Counted from the first letter of the stretch, positions 25,347 to 37,162 are shown. The stretch is DNA of 64,000 bases from Eledone cirrhosa (GCA_964016885.1 OZ024743.1:148676001-148740000), one strand, 5' to 3'. Translations and numbers: made by a program. Notes: a model not told the origin generated them from the letters alone.

Positions 25347-27379
25347 TAGGGTTTTTTCTCAATAATATCAAAATCTTTGTTTAAAATGTACCAAAATATA
25401 CAAAAATGTACCAAATCCAATTTCATCAATATGCTAGCGTGGGAAATGGACGTTAAACGATGATGATGATGATGATGATGATGATGGAACCTCATATATG
25501 TTAAAAAAAGAAACTTTTTACATTCACTTCACGTATTTTAATTGAAAAGAAACATTTTCTTCTTCCACACTTTTCTTGCTGTACAAGTTTCTTTCTTGCT
25601 GATTGTTGCCACTTAGCCACATGTTTCTGCTTTGAACTCCAAATTGAACTTATCAATGTCCAGTAAAATATAAGCTAGAAAAGCAAAATACTTTGTTGTC
25701 ATGGGGTATTGTAATTCCCTTAATATTTTGGAAGTCATCATGGGAATACCATCTTCCAGTGCTGCCATTGTGAAATATGACAACAGTGCTGGACACTGTG
25801 GCAAAATTCTTTCTATAACTTGTTTCAAAGAAAACCATCTTGTGTAGCTAATATGAAAAATTTTGTGAGGAGAGATATTTGTAATTTTTTGAAATTCCTT
25901 ATATTTAGCTTTGGACTGTTGCTCAGGAACAAAAACATATTTATTGCTAATCATCCAAATAACATGGTAGCTCATTACAGGCTTTAGAAGGACATAGATG
26001 TAAGGATTGACAAACACAAGGCTGTTTGAATATATCAGGATTTTTCTGCTTCAACATATGTTGAACTCCTCCTTCGCTTCCCTTCATAACACTGGCAAAT
26101 CCAATTAAGTTTTCAAGAAAGATATTATTTTCAATGAGAAATTATTGTAGACAATAGTAAATACAAAGTGCACTGCAGGCTTTACTTTTTAGAAGTTTCA
26201 AGCACTCATCCATAGACTTTTGAATTTCAAAGTTGTAATATCTCATTACTAAAACAAGCTGCTTGTTGGTAGAAATGTCTGTTGTTCCATCCACAATAAG
26301 AGAGAACTTTGCTGAATTTAGCTTAGACAATCAACCATTGAAAGCATGGGGACCAATTGCATGTGAAAAAAAGCAAATTCCTTTAGTTTTTGTGCACTTG
26401 ATGTCTGCTGATTTTTTACTCAGAGCATATGTTGGCAATAAAGCCAGGCAAATGATACAAATAGCAATGGGTAGGTTGTGCTCAGCAATAAATCCACACA
26501 GTTTCAGCTCAGTTGTTGCTATTTTCGTTAAGTGAGCAGAACATTGAGCAGATTTTATGAAATTTGTTGCCTTCACTGTTTGTTTCACTACTTTCACATT
26601 TTTTTGGTGTTTTTCTGTCTCTTCATGCCTTATTATTTGACTTAAGCTACCAGCTATCTCACTATTCCACAATTTACAGTAGCCTTTACTTGCATTCTTT
26701 TTACTCAATTCCAACTATCATGAAAATTTCTCCTCATTTAATAATTTTTGTGGAAATTTTCTTTCATAGGAAGTAGATATCAGATTTTCCTCTGGGAAGT
26801 ATCATTTTCATAACTATCAGAATGATATTCTGTATTCACTTTTTCATTGTTTTTTCACTCATGGTGGGTTCAAAAATGGTTCTCAAAAAAGAAAAACAGT
26901 ACAGATATTGAAAAATGACACCGCCAAAGCATACTTCACACAATGACACAATTACTTAAACTGAACTGATATGGCTGTCTTCCAAGAATTTATCTTAATC
27001 TACCTATGTTTAGATGTCCTTGCATATTGTCAGCAGAATCTATTCAAGTAAAACATCTACTGATTGATCATTAGTAAATAGTGCATTATAATTGTCTAAC
27101 AGGAAGATGTTAATAATTAATAGAAGAGTTATTAATGTTAAGTGAGATCTGATGGGCAAATACATTTAATGGATAGATTCTTGACATAAAAGTCATTAAA
27201 GCTGATGAATGGTAAACCATTGAATGATGATTTTAGAATATAAATTATGCCAAATTTGCAAAGCAAGTACAATTTCTAGAATGTACCAAAATATTCAGAC
27301 GTGGTACCAAATATAGAGAAGATCAAATCAGGGGCAAATGGTCCCACATGTGTATGAACTACCAACTTCGGCAACACTG
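25347..27379 (-). mobile_element. Decayed hAT-superfamily DNA transposon
   Basis: Terminus ggcaacactg (= CAGTGTTGCC) at 27370-27379; other end tagggtt at 25347; 8-bp TSD ctcatgac (25339-25346) / ctcatgat (27380-27387); gtaccaaa subterminal repeats. Confidence 0.8.
25613..26714 (-). pseudogene. hAT transposase pseudogene (fragmented)
   Basis: N-terminal Zn-finger-like GYCKL..RHEETEKH, FIAEHNLP, FSLIVDGTTDISTNKQL (first catalytic Asp region) and TRWFSL, spread over frameshifted ORFs. Confidence 0.85.
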
Positions 27380-27399
27380 CTCATGATACAAGCATTAAA

Positions 27400-27776
27400 A
27401 ACTGACAGGGTGGACGAAGCAGCTATAGAAGTACATCTCCCACCAAATTCCTCAGCCCACACTATAAAATAGTTGTGATGGTGACATAACAGTCCACACT
27501 GTCCACACTGTAGCGTGGTTGTGTAGATGCCACGAGAAAAATCACCCTATCTACACTGTAAAGTGGTCATGTAGGTGCCATGACAAAAATCACTCTGTAC
27601 TCACTGTAAATATGATTGGCGTTAGAAAGGACCTCTTGCTGTAGAAACCAAGCCAAATTCAGTTCTATATGAGCAAGAGATGGTCATCTGATCTGGCCTG
27701 TCTCACAACAGGACAATACGTCTAACCCATGCTAGCATGGAAAAATGGACGTTAAATGGTGATGATGATGATGATA
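27400..27776 (+). mobile_element. RTE 3'-UTR-type fragment
   Basis: Ends ctaacccatgctagcatggaaaaatggacgttaaa followed by (GAT)n. Confidence 0.75.
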
Positions 27777-27779
27777 TGT

Positions 27780-28060
27780 CTGTGTAAAAAGTAAGCAGAA
27801 ATAACAAAGCAAACGACACAGTACATTGAAGAAATATATTAGTTTACTGCTTGACATAACAGGAAAGGAGTTTTAACATTTCAGATGTTAGTCCTTCATC
27901 AGAAGATAGAATTAGAAATAGAAGATAAAATAGAAAGATAAAGAGTGAGAAGGGGAAGGAATGGATAAAATGAGAAAAAAAACACACATGCATATTCAGT
28001 CAGCCATTTTGGAGTGTATGTGTGTCATTTGTGTGTTAGTCTTTGTTTCTTTCTTTATCT
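27780..28060 (-). mobile_element. Penelope-like terminal-repeat remnant with degenerate hammerhead
   Basis: Minus strand tctt-CTGATGA-agga-ctaaca-tct-gaaat-gtt-aaaa at about 27871-27905; homologous to 53650-53900. Confidence 0.55.
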
Positions 28061-28551
28061 CTGATTATCTCACACTTAACATCACTAGCACATGTGATGA
28101 TGTTTGTATGAACAGAAATCCAATGACTCAGTAGTTAGATGAGCTAAGATTTGTATATTACATTTTAAAAAATATGAGTCGATGTCATGATGGACATTTG
28201 ACATTAGAATAATGCCTGAACAAGTCTCATCCAACCCATGCCAGCTTGGGCAATAGACAAAATATTGATGATGAGGATGAGGATCATGGTATGTGTGTGT
28301 GTGGTGTGTGTGCATGTGTGTATGTGTGTGTGCACTGTAACTGTGTTAGCTGTGTAGCTGATGAGAGGAAGTTTAGTTTTGTCTGTTTTCTCCATTATAT
28401 TCAATGCCTGTTGTTTTCATTGTCCTCAGTGCTCAAATTTGGGACAATGTATTATCGTCATCATTATCATCATTTTTCTCATCTATTGTCCATGCTTGCA
28501 TGAGTTAGATGTCTAGTTTGCTTTCTGAGGTCAGACATTCATATTTATATA

Positions 28552-31500
28552 CATCATCATCATCATCATCATCAACGTTTAACGTCCGTGTTCCACGCTT
28601 GCATGGGTTTGGACGGGGGTAGTCCCACTTGAGGCAAGAGTGATTGTCTTGCTCGCATAGGACTGTCTGGCAGGTTTTCTACAGTTGGATGCCCTTCCTA
28701 ACACCAACCACATTTACAGTGTGGGTCTGGGAGGTTTTTACCGTGTTGCCTACACGGCCACATTACAGCGTGGACTGTGTGTTTTTTTGTCGTGACACCT
28801 ACACGATCTCATTTGTTTCGGCCTGGATGGCGCGGCACCAACATAACTTTACATAGAACGGGGTGGTGTGGATGGGGTGGGGGTGGTGGCGGGACGGGGT
28901 GTATTTTGTTAGAGATGCCTACTGGCAAGGCGGGTCTTCTCTGTTACTGAGTACCGCCAAAGGTCTCGGTCCAGTGACATTGTCTTGGAGAGGTGTAAGT
29001 GTGTGAGGTCGGAGTTTATCAGCTCATCCCAGGTTTTTCTAGGTCTGCCTATTCCGTGGCTACCGTCTATCTTTATTGCCCTGCACTTTGTTATACAGCT
29101 ATCGACTTTCATGCGCATCACGTGTCCATACCAACGCAGCCTTCTCTCGAGTAAACAACATCTGATCCCTCTTATCTCTAATTTTTTCCTTAGTTCGTTT
29201 ATGCTTTGCCGTTCACGTATATTACTGTTACACATCCAGCGGAGCATGCAAGCTTCGTTCCTCTCTAGTCTGCGTATATCCTCTGCACACAATGCCCAGG
29301 TCTCACTACCATGCAACATTGCTGTTCGTATGCAGGCATCGTACAACCTGCCTTTCATTTTTAGGGAGAACCCTTTAGCAGCTAATAGTGGTATAAGCTC
29401 TCTGAACTTTTTCCAACCAGTTCTGACTCTAGCTACACTACTTTCAGAGCACCCTCCCCCACTGCTGATTTTATCGCCCAGGTAACGGAGGCTGTCCACT
29501 ATTTCTATAGAAACCTCTGCGCAATTGAAAGAGCTAGTATTTTGTGGGCACTTGCTGCTACTTATTGCACCAGAACACCGGCCACATGTAAAATCTATGT
29601 TCTTAGTTAGCTTACCTGTGATCCCACTACATCTTTTATGCACCCATACTTTGCATTTAGGACATAAAATGGAGTTTCTACCTACGCCTTTCCTACACAC
29701 CGAGCACGACCATTTCCCAGAAGGGACCGCCGCCTTGTTTTCTTTCCTACAAACTAGAACTTTGGTCTTAGCCAGGTTAATTTTAAGTCCTTTTGACTCT
29801 AGGCCGTGCTTCCATGTTTGGAATTTCTTCTCTAGCTCGGCCATTGATTCCGCTATGAGTGTCAGGTCGTCTGCGTATAGGAGTTTCCATGGGCAGCCTG
29901 TCTTGAACTCCTCTGTTATAGCCTGAAGGGCAATAATAAATAGTAGGGGGCTGAGAACAGAGCCCTGATGGACGCCAACTTTTACGCTAAACTCTTCACT
30001 ATATTCGTTGTTAATTCTAACCTTGCTGACTGTTTCTTTATACATGGCTTGTATAGCCCTCACAAGCCATTCGTCAACGCCTAGTTTTCTAAGAGCCCAC
30101 CAGATAATGGAGCGGGGGACTCTGTCGAAGGCTTTCTCCAAGTCAACAAAAGCTAAGTAGAGGGGTTTACCTTTAGCTAGGTACTTCTCCTGTAGTTGTC
30201 GTACTATGAAAAAAGCGTCTGTGGTACTTTTGCCTGACACAAACCCGAACTGCATTTCATCTAGGTCAATTCTCTCTCTGATTAGTTGCGCTATTACTTT
30301 TTCCGTGACCTTCATGACCTGGTCGATTAATTTAATGCCTCTATAGTTACTCCTATCTAGGGCGTCTCCTTTACCCTTATAACAGTTAACGATGATGCTG
30401 CTATGCCAGTCCTTCGGAACAACCCCATTCTGTACGACTTGGTTAACTATGCGGGTGACTATGGTGTGTCCCACCGTGCCAGATGCCTTCAGCATCTCAG
30501 CAACTATTTCCGAAGGCCCAGCCGCCTTACCCGTCTTCATATCCTTGATTGCCTTACTTATTATACTCCCCTCGACTAACACTGCTGGTCCCTCTATTGG
30601 GTCGATATGGGGGAGACTGTCTTTCTCCCATTTATTCTCCTCATTTAGTAGCCTTTCATAGTGACACTTCCAAGCTACCTTCGTATCAGCGTCGGTGATG
30701 GCAAGTGTGCCATCGTCGTTTAGTACACACTTCTCCCCGACAATATCACAGTTTTCCTTGACGCATTGCCTAGCAATCCTGAACATCTCACGTTTTTGGT
30801 CATCGCGTTGTAGAACATGTTTGAACTTTCTTTCCTCAGCTTCCCTTCTTGCTAAGTACACTTGTCTCCTAGCTTCTCTCCTGGCCACTTGATAGTCCTC
30901 TCTACTTCCCCCATCCCGCCATACTTTCCAAGCCTGCTTTTTGGCCTTAATTGACCCCTCCACCTTACTGTTCCACCACCATGTTACTCTCCTCCTGCCT
31001 ACAGGCCTGCTCCAGCCACAGACTTCGTCTGTCGCCAACAGCAGGTTTGCTTTCAGAAATTCCCACTCTCCCTCTATATTGTCCGACTCTAAATGTTCTT
31101 CCTTACTGTCGAAAGCATCAAGTAATATGCTTTGAAATTTATTCCTGGCTGTGGGGTCCTTTAGCTTCCATATTTTTCTCCTGAGGATAGTCCTCTTCTG
31201 CTGTCGAGTACGTCTCGTCCTGACTATGAGGTCGCTAATTATCAGTCTATGTTGGGAGGTGCATTCTTCATGGGGGAGGGATTTAGTGTTTACAACAGAC
31301 ACTCTGTCACGTCTTCTGGTAAGGATATAATCTACCTGGCTTGTGTGTTCCCCGGATCTATAGGTGATCAGGTGATTGTCACGTTTTTTGAAGTTAGTGT
31401 TACAGATAGTTAGGTTATTTGCATCACAGAATTCCAGGATTCTGGAGCCTTCCTCATTTCTAGTACCAAACCCATAGCCTCCATGGATTTCGTCGTAGCC

Positions 31501-32558
31501 GTCACAATGTTGTCCAACGTGACCATTTAGGTCGCCTGCGATAATTATATAGTCACTGTCGGATATTTGGGAGGTAGTTAGCATCAGTGTCTCATAGAAT
31601 CTGTCTTTTATAGTGCCGGGCAGTCCGGATTGGGGTGCGTACGCAGATATTACTGTCACCGTAGTTCTATTGAGGACAAGTCGTATTTTAATTATTCTGT
31701 CGTTCACTCTATTTACGTCTATTATCTTATCTGCCCACTTTTCTGCTACCATGATTCCTACTCCACCCAGCCCATCGTCGTTTCCCACCCAGAAAAGCTG
31801 ATAACATCGTTTTTTACCCTCAACGAACCTAGCAGACCCACCCCTCCACCTGGTCTCTTGAATACAACAAACATCGACCTCCTTACGTTCAAGCATTTCT
31901 ACAACCTCGTTAGCGCGACCCTTTAGGGTGCCTACATTTATGGTACCAACTCTGAAGTTTTGGATTGCGTTTGGGGGTTGGGGGCGGGGGGGGGGTCGAT
32001 GGGGTTATGTTAGCCGTCCGCGGTCGAAACAATGAGGAGTGCTCGCATTCTCGTCCAAGAGGTGAATTTGTCTTTATCTTTGGCATTGTCGCTGAGCGTC
32101 CAGATTTTTCTCTCTCTCTCCTCCACTCTCCAGGATTCCGCAGTCCATCCATCCATCATATTGAAAGGCAACCAGGCAAGCGATAGTATAGGCCTCTGGC
32201 TTCTGATTTGTCCGCGTAATAAGACTGGTGATGCGTGGGGGCTCTGTTTTATGATTGGTCCACGTAATAGCAATGGTGGTGCGTGGGGGTGGGGGTAGGT
32301 AGGTAGCTAGCTAGAAGGTAATGATTGAATGGGGTCCTTGCATTTAACAAGCGATTAACAAAAATACAAAATTTGTTCTGTTGAATACGACCAAAAACTT
32401 TCGTATTTAACAATTAATAGAAACAGAAAATGTAGTTTGTTTTAGCGATAGATTGGCTATTTGGACTTGATACGAAATATGGATTGTTTTGAAAATACGC
32501 TAGAATTAGAATTAAAATACGCTAGAATTAGGATTTGTGGAGGGAGAGAAATGAAATA
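28552..32558 (-). mobile_element. Near full-length RTE-clade non-LTR retrotransposon
   Basis: 5' region of about 0.4-0.6 kb with short tandem repeats, one long ORF, about 350-bp 3' UTR and (GAT)n tail at 28552-28573; TA-rich sequence on both sides. Confidence 0.95.
28909..31896 (-). CDS. RTE ORF: APE endonuclease, reverse transcriptase, PHD-type zinc finger
   Basis: 995 aa with no internal stop. EEP motifs (CIQETRW, SAYAP, AGDLNGHVG, SQVDY, SQHRL), RT motifs (NYRGIKL, QFGF, FVDLEKAFD, GVHQGSVLSP, YADD) and GRPRKTW. Endonuclease homology (FRVGTINVGTLKGR) continues upstream to about 31965. Confidence 0.95.
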   Translation of the reverse strand: MLERKEVDVCCIQETRWRGGSARFVEGKKRCYQLFWVGNDDGLGGVGIMVAEKWADKIIDVNRVNDRIIKIRLVLNRTTVTVISAYAPQSGLPGTIKDRFYETLMLTTSQISDSDYIIIAGDLNGHVGQHCDGYDEIHGGYGFGTRNEEGSRILEFCDANNLTICNTNFKKRDNHLITYRSGEHTSQVDYILTRRRDRVSVVNTKSLPHEECTSQHRLIISDLIVRTRRTRQQKRTILRRKIWKLKDPTARNKFQSILLDAFDSKEEHLESDNIEGEWEFLKANLLLATDEVCGWSRPVGRRRVTWWWNSKVEGSIKAKKQAWKVWRDGGSREDYQVARREARRQVYLARREAEERKFKHVLQRDDQKREMFRIARQCVKENCDIVGEKCVLNDDGTLAITDADTKVAWKCHYERLLNEENKWEKDSLPHIDPIEGPAVLVEGSIISKAIKDMKTGKAAGPSEIVAEMLKASGTVGHTIVTRIVNQVVQNGVVPKDWHSSIIVNCYKGKGDALDRSNYRGIKLIDQVMKVTEKVIAQLIRERIDLDEMQFGFVSGKSTTDAFFIVRQLQEKYLAKGKPLYLAFVDLEKAFDRVPRSIIWWALRKLGVDEWLVRAIQAMYKETVSKVRINNEYSEEFSVKVGVHQGSVLSPLLFIIALQAITEEFKTGCPWKLLYADDLTLIAESMAELEKKFQTWKHGLESKGLKINLAKTKVLVCRKENKAAVPSGKWSCSVCRKGVGRNSILCPKCKVWVHKRCSGITGKLTKNIDFTCGRCSGAISSSKCPQNTSSFNCAEVSIEIVDSLRYLGDKISSGGGCSESSVARVRTGWKKFRELIPLLAAKGFSLKMKGRLYDACIRTAMLHGSETWALCAEDIRRLERNEACMLRWMCNSNIRERQSINELRKKLEIRGIRCCLLERRLRWYGHVMRMKVDSCITKCRAIKIDGSHGIGRPRKTWDELINSDLTHLHLSKTMSLDRDLWRYSVTEKTRLASRHL

Positions 32559-33282
32559 CATATATATATATATGAATACATCTCACACATATGTTCCATG
32601 TTGTCATGTTTACTACTACTGGATGTCCTTCCTGATGCCAATCATTTAACAGTGTATACTAAGCATATGTTATTGTGGCACTGTGTCAAACACATACCAG
32701 CATGGAAAGACATGTACACCACACAATGTACTGCTAGACATCTCTTCATGACCATCCCCACAACTCAATATTTATTCTCCCCTTCATCTCCTACTGTAAG
32801 ATAACTCCCCCACTTGGCAAGCAGCATGTGACTCCCCACCAACCCACACTATCACTTTCATCACTGCTTTTATTGAGAAAGAAGTGCTCATGCACATTCC
32901 TAGATAAAATACATGCAGCCCACTCTATAAAATAGTAGTGCTGCTGTTACAATTAAAAGCACTAAATTCACTTTACAATGTGAAAATGCTGATGTTATGA
33001 TATAATGCACCCAGTACACACTGTAAAGTGGTTGGTGTTAGGAAGGTCATCCAGCTTCGTCCACTCCCAACTATTGTCATTTACCCTCATCTATTTCACA
33101 AAAAAGAAATGTTGGCAATACAATATCATTTCTTGAGGATTTAAAGATTTCGCTGTCTCATAAGCATCATTTATATTAACAATATACAGTCAATTACCCT
33201 TTTGCACCTAATTTAGATGTATATTCATGTATGCTAGATAGTGTATGCACATATTTATACAAGCATATTGTAGGTGTATGTA

Positions 33283-33292
33283 AGTATATATA

Positions 33293-33346
<54 letters not shown>

Positions 33347-33521
33347 TTATTCCGGGATGAATCGGAGGTAACCATAATATATATATATATATATATATTA
33401 TTATATATACAGACATATATATATATATATATATATTATATATACATACATATTTATACATATATATATATATATATATATTATATATACAGATATATTT
33501 ATACATATATATGTGTGTGTG

Positions 33522-33568
<47 letters not shown>

Positions 33569-33570
33569 TT
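33283..33570. repeat. (TA)n-rich compound microsatellite with a short unique insert
   Basis: Visible directly. Confidence 0.9.
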
Positions 33571-34018
33571 ATACATTTGTTTAGAAACATACACTCACAC
33601 ATATATAAACAGAAAAATATAGTCCATCATTTCTATTTTTTCCATGTTTATAGTTTTACAGTTTTTTTTATACATCTATTTGTTTTATCCCAATAATAAT
33701 ATGAGATTTAGCTGTCCCTATATCTTTTCTTATCCTTTGCACACAACTGTTCTTTCACCATTTTCTTATTGTCCCCTTTCAGCCACCAGACTTTCAATCT
33801 TCCATCTGAAATCTGTCCATTACATGCACTCTTTATGAATTAATGGATATGTATATGTGTGAGTGTATGCAAGTGTGTGTGCTTCTGCATGTGTGTGTGT
33901 GTAATATTAAATAGATATAAATATGAAATGAAACAGAATATAAAATTACAGATTAAGGTGTTTATGTTTTATATGTATAGATATAGGCATGGTATATATA
34001 TATATATATATATATATA

Positions 34019-34363
34019 TCATCATCATCATCATCATCATTTTACGTCCGCTTTTCCCTGCTTGCAAGGGTGGGACGGGAACTGATTCTGGCTTGATTTC
34101 TACAGCTGGATGCTCTTCCTAACACCAACCTCATTTACAGTGAGTGCTGGGTGCTTTTTTGCCGTGGCACCTCCACGACCACTTTGCAGTGGAATGATAG
34201 GGACCGCTGTCCCTATCATCTCATTTCTACAGCTGAGTCAACTGGAGCAATGTGAAATAAAGTGTCTTGCTCAAGGAAACAACACATCACCCGGTCTGAG
34301 AATTGAACTCACAACCTTTCGATTGCAAGCCCAATGCTCTAACCACTAAGCCATGTGCCTCCA
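34019..34363 (-). mobile_element. SINE family B, full length, inside (TA)n
   Basis: tRNA-like head with A/B boxes, central ccttgagcaagacact domain, RTE-type tail and (GAT)n. Confidence 0.92.
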
Positions 34364-34395
<32 letters not shown>

Positions 34396-34421
34396 CATAT
34401 ACAATATATATATATATATAA

Positions 34422-34489
34422 ATATTGTTATACTTTGGGAGGGTCATGTTGCCAATTGGAAACATGACCCTCCCAAAGTATAACAATAT
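34422..34489. repeat. Perfect 29-bp inverted repeat (hairpin)
   Basis: atattgttatactttgggagggtcatgtt-gccaattgga-aacatgaccctcccaaagtataacaatat. Confidence 0.92.
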
Positions 34490-34767
34490 CGGTTTCAACA
34501 CACGATTTCAGATAAAGAATCTTGCTAAACAAATTCAGAAACGAAATATATATAAATATATATATATATACACACAAACGCATGTATAATTGTCTACCTG
34601 TTTATATATATATATACATAGTGTAGAAAATAGATGTTAAACGATGATGATGATATATATATATATACACATGCACACACACATGCATACAAACACACAT
34701 GTGCACACATATATATATGTATATATGTTTTTTGTGTGCAGATATGTATGTATATCTATCTACATAA

Positions 34768-34861
<94 letters not shown>

Positions 34862-35663
34862 TGTATACATGCATATGCATAAACACACAAATATGTAAAA
34901 AAGCAGAATTAGAAAACAATGAAAAGGAAGGAAGAAATTAATATTAAAATATGTTTAACAAGAGATTTCCCTAATCTTTCTCTTATGTATTTAACAGCTT
35001 CTTAATGTAACATCTCTTATCTCTCATTTATGTTGTCGATGAATCTTTACCCAAAATCTCAATACATCCCACATATTCTGAGTTTTTATATCCCTAAAAT
35101 GGTTTTGCCCTTTTTTCTCCGGTTTCATTGGATATTTTAGAAGTTCTTTATTGTTACTCTAGTAGGATTTTTTATAGGGAATTTTATATTCTTTACTTTT
35201 TTTTCTTTCAATTTTATGTCTAATTTCTTCTTTTTACCAAGTGTTTATGTATGAATCTTTATGTGTTTTGCTATGAAGCCTTTTAGCTTCAATGAATTTG
35301 ATATGAATCATCTCCAAATTCGTATGGAATTCTCATATACACTATTCTGAGAAATTTTTCACAAAAATAAACAAAACAAAATAACGAGCACATTACATAC
35401 ATATGTGCGTGTATATAACTCTGTATACACATGCACACAATATATATATATTATATATACATATATAGCTATATATACACACATATATATATACACAACA
35501 TATATATATATATACATATATATATATGCATACTACTGTACGTCTGTATACATATATGTATGTACGTATACATACATACTTACATATATATATATATATC
35601 CATATATCCATATATATATATATATCCATGTGTATATATATATATAGATATATATATGTATCC

Positions 35664-35701
<38 letters not shown>

Positions 35702-36340
35702 TATACACATATATACACACATGCACACACACATACATATACATATATATATATATTCAGGACAATGGTTCCCACCAAAAACATATCAAGTCAGATAAAA
35801 TGAAAAAAAATACTCGAGAGAACTTAATCTAACATAGATCGTAATTAAGACACACCCTGTCTCTTTCAATGAATTTCCCCCACCCTAGCAGAGAAAAATC
35901 AACAAATCAATTAAGATAGCCAAACATGCATACCTTCCAAACAATTGCTGGAGAAATATTTTTATGTTTATGTCTCTTTAATGGAATTTATTATTCTCAT
36001 TTCCTTTCACTTGAAATTGCTTTATTCTGCATGGCCATAATAGTTATGACAGTATTTTGATATTAGCAATATAGGCAAAGAGGCACTGTATCAGCAATGA
36101 ACTGAAATTGCCATCAATGTCCATTCTTTGAGTTCTTGTAATTTCCTGAATGTATTACAGTGAGCCAGTACTGCTTGTCTTCTTGTTTCTTAAAGACCAG
36201 TTTCTTTATAGATAAAACATGGACATAAAACTTTCCTAAAAGCATTAGACCAGCTATTGTTACAGTCAAAATGAAAAGCACTAATATTAACATATATATA
36301 TATATTATTTGTGTGTGTGTGTATATATATATATATTATT

Positions 36341-36391
<51 letters not shown>

Positions 36392-36945
36392 ATCATCATC
36401 ATCATCACTGTTTAAAGTCCATTTTTCCATGCAAGCTTGGGTTAGATGAGCTGTCTTGAAGTGAAAAATGTCAGGTCAGGTAACCGTGTCCTACTCATAT
36501 AGAACTGACTTTGGCTTCGTTTCTACAGCTGGCTGCCCTTCCTAATGCCAACCACTTTTACAGTGAGTACTGGGTGCTTTTTATGATGACACCTACATGT
36601 CCACTTTGCAGTGTGGGCTGGGTGCTTTTTGTTGTGACACCAACATGCGGGATGTGTTTTTTGTTGTGTTGCCATCACCACCTCTTTACAGTGTGGGCTG
36701 GGGACTTTGGTGGGAGAGATGTGTTGTGGATTGGGGAGGTGAGTATTTGGGCATGTGTGAGAGGCAGAGTGTTAGGACATGGAACGTAATAGAAGTGGGG
36801 TGGAGTGGAGTACATCAGATGTATGTTTCAGGCTGTGCTCATGGGAGGTGTATGGTAGAGTCGGATGGTGTGGAGGTGAAGGTGGTGCATTCTATATTTA
36901 GGCTTCAGCCTGTGCTCATGGGAAGGCGGGTTTCTGAATTACTGA
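36392..36945 (-). mobile_element. RTE 3'-UTR-type fragment
   Basis: (CAT)n tail, conserved ttctacagctggctgcccttcctaatgccaacc and internal cactttacagtg repeats. Confidence 0.75.
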
Positions 36946-36952
36946 ATTACTA

Positions 36953-37078
36953 AGGATCTGCTAAGGTGAAACAATTGTTCTCGGTATGGTGAACTAACTG
37001 TTGCGTAACCACGTCTACCTAACTCGTCCCATGGACTGAGTGCTCTACCACTATGGATATTACCTTCCAGTGTTCTAC

Positions 37079-37081
<3 letters not shown>
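36953..37081 (+). mobile_element. 3' end of a Penelope-like family (partial hammerhead) abutting (TA)n
   Basis: taaggtgaaacaattgttctcggta..aactcgtcccatggactgagtgctcta..ccagtgttctac is homologous to 59482-59600 (-). Confidence 0.7.

Positions 37082-37162
<81 letters not shown>

Noticed and set aside
28985-31926. Plus-strand ORFs overlapping the RTE ORF (also 6438-8072)
   Set aside because: Antisense shadows of the LINE coding sequence.
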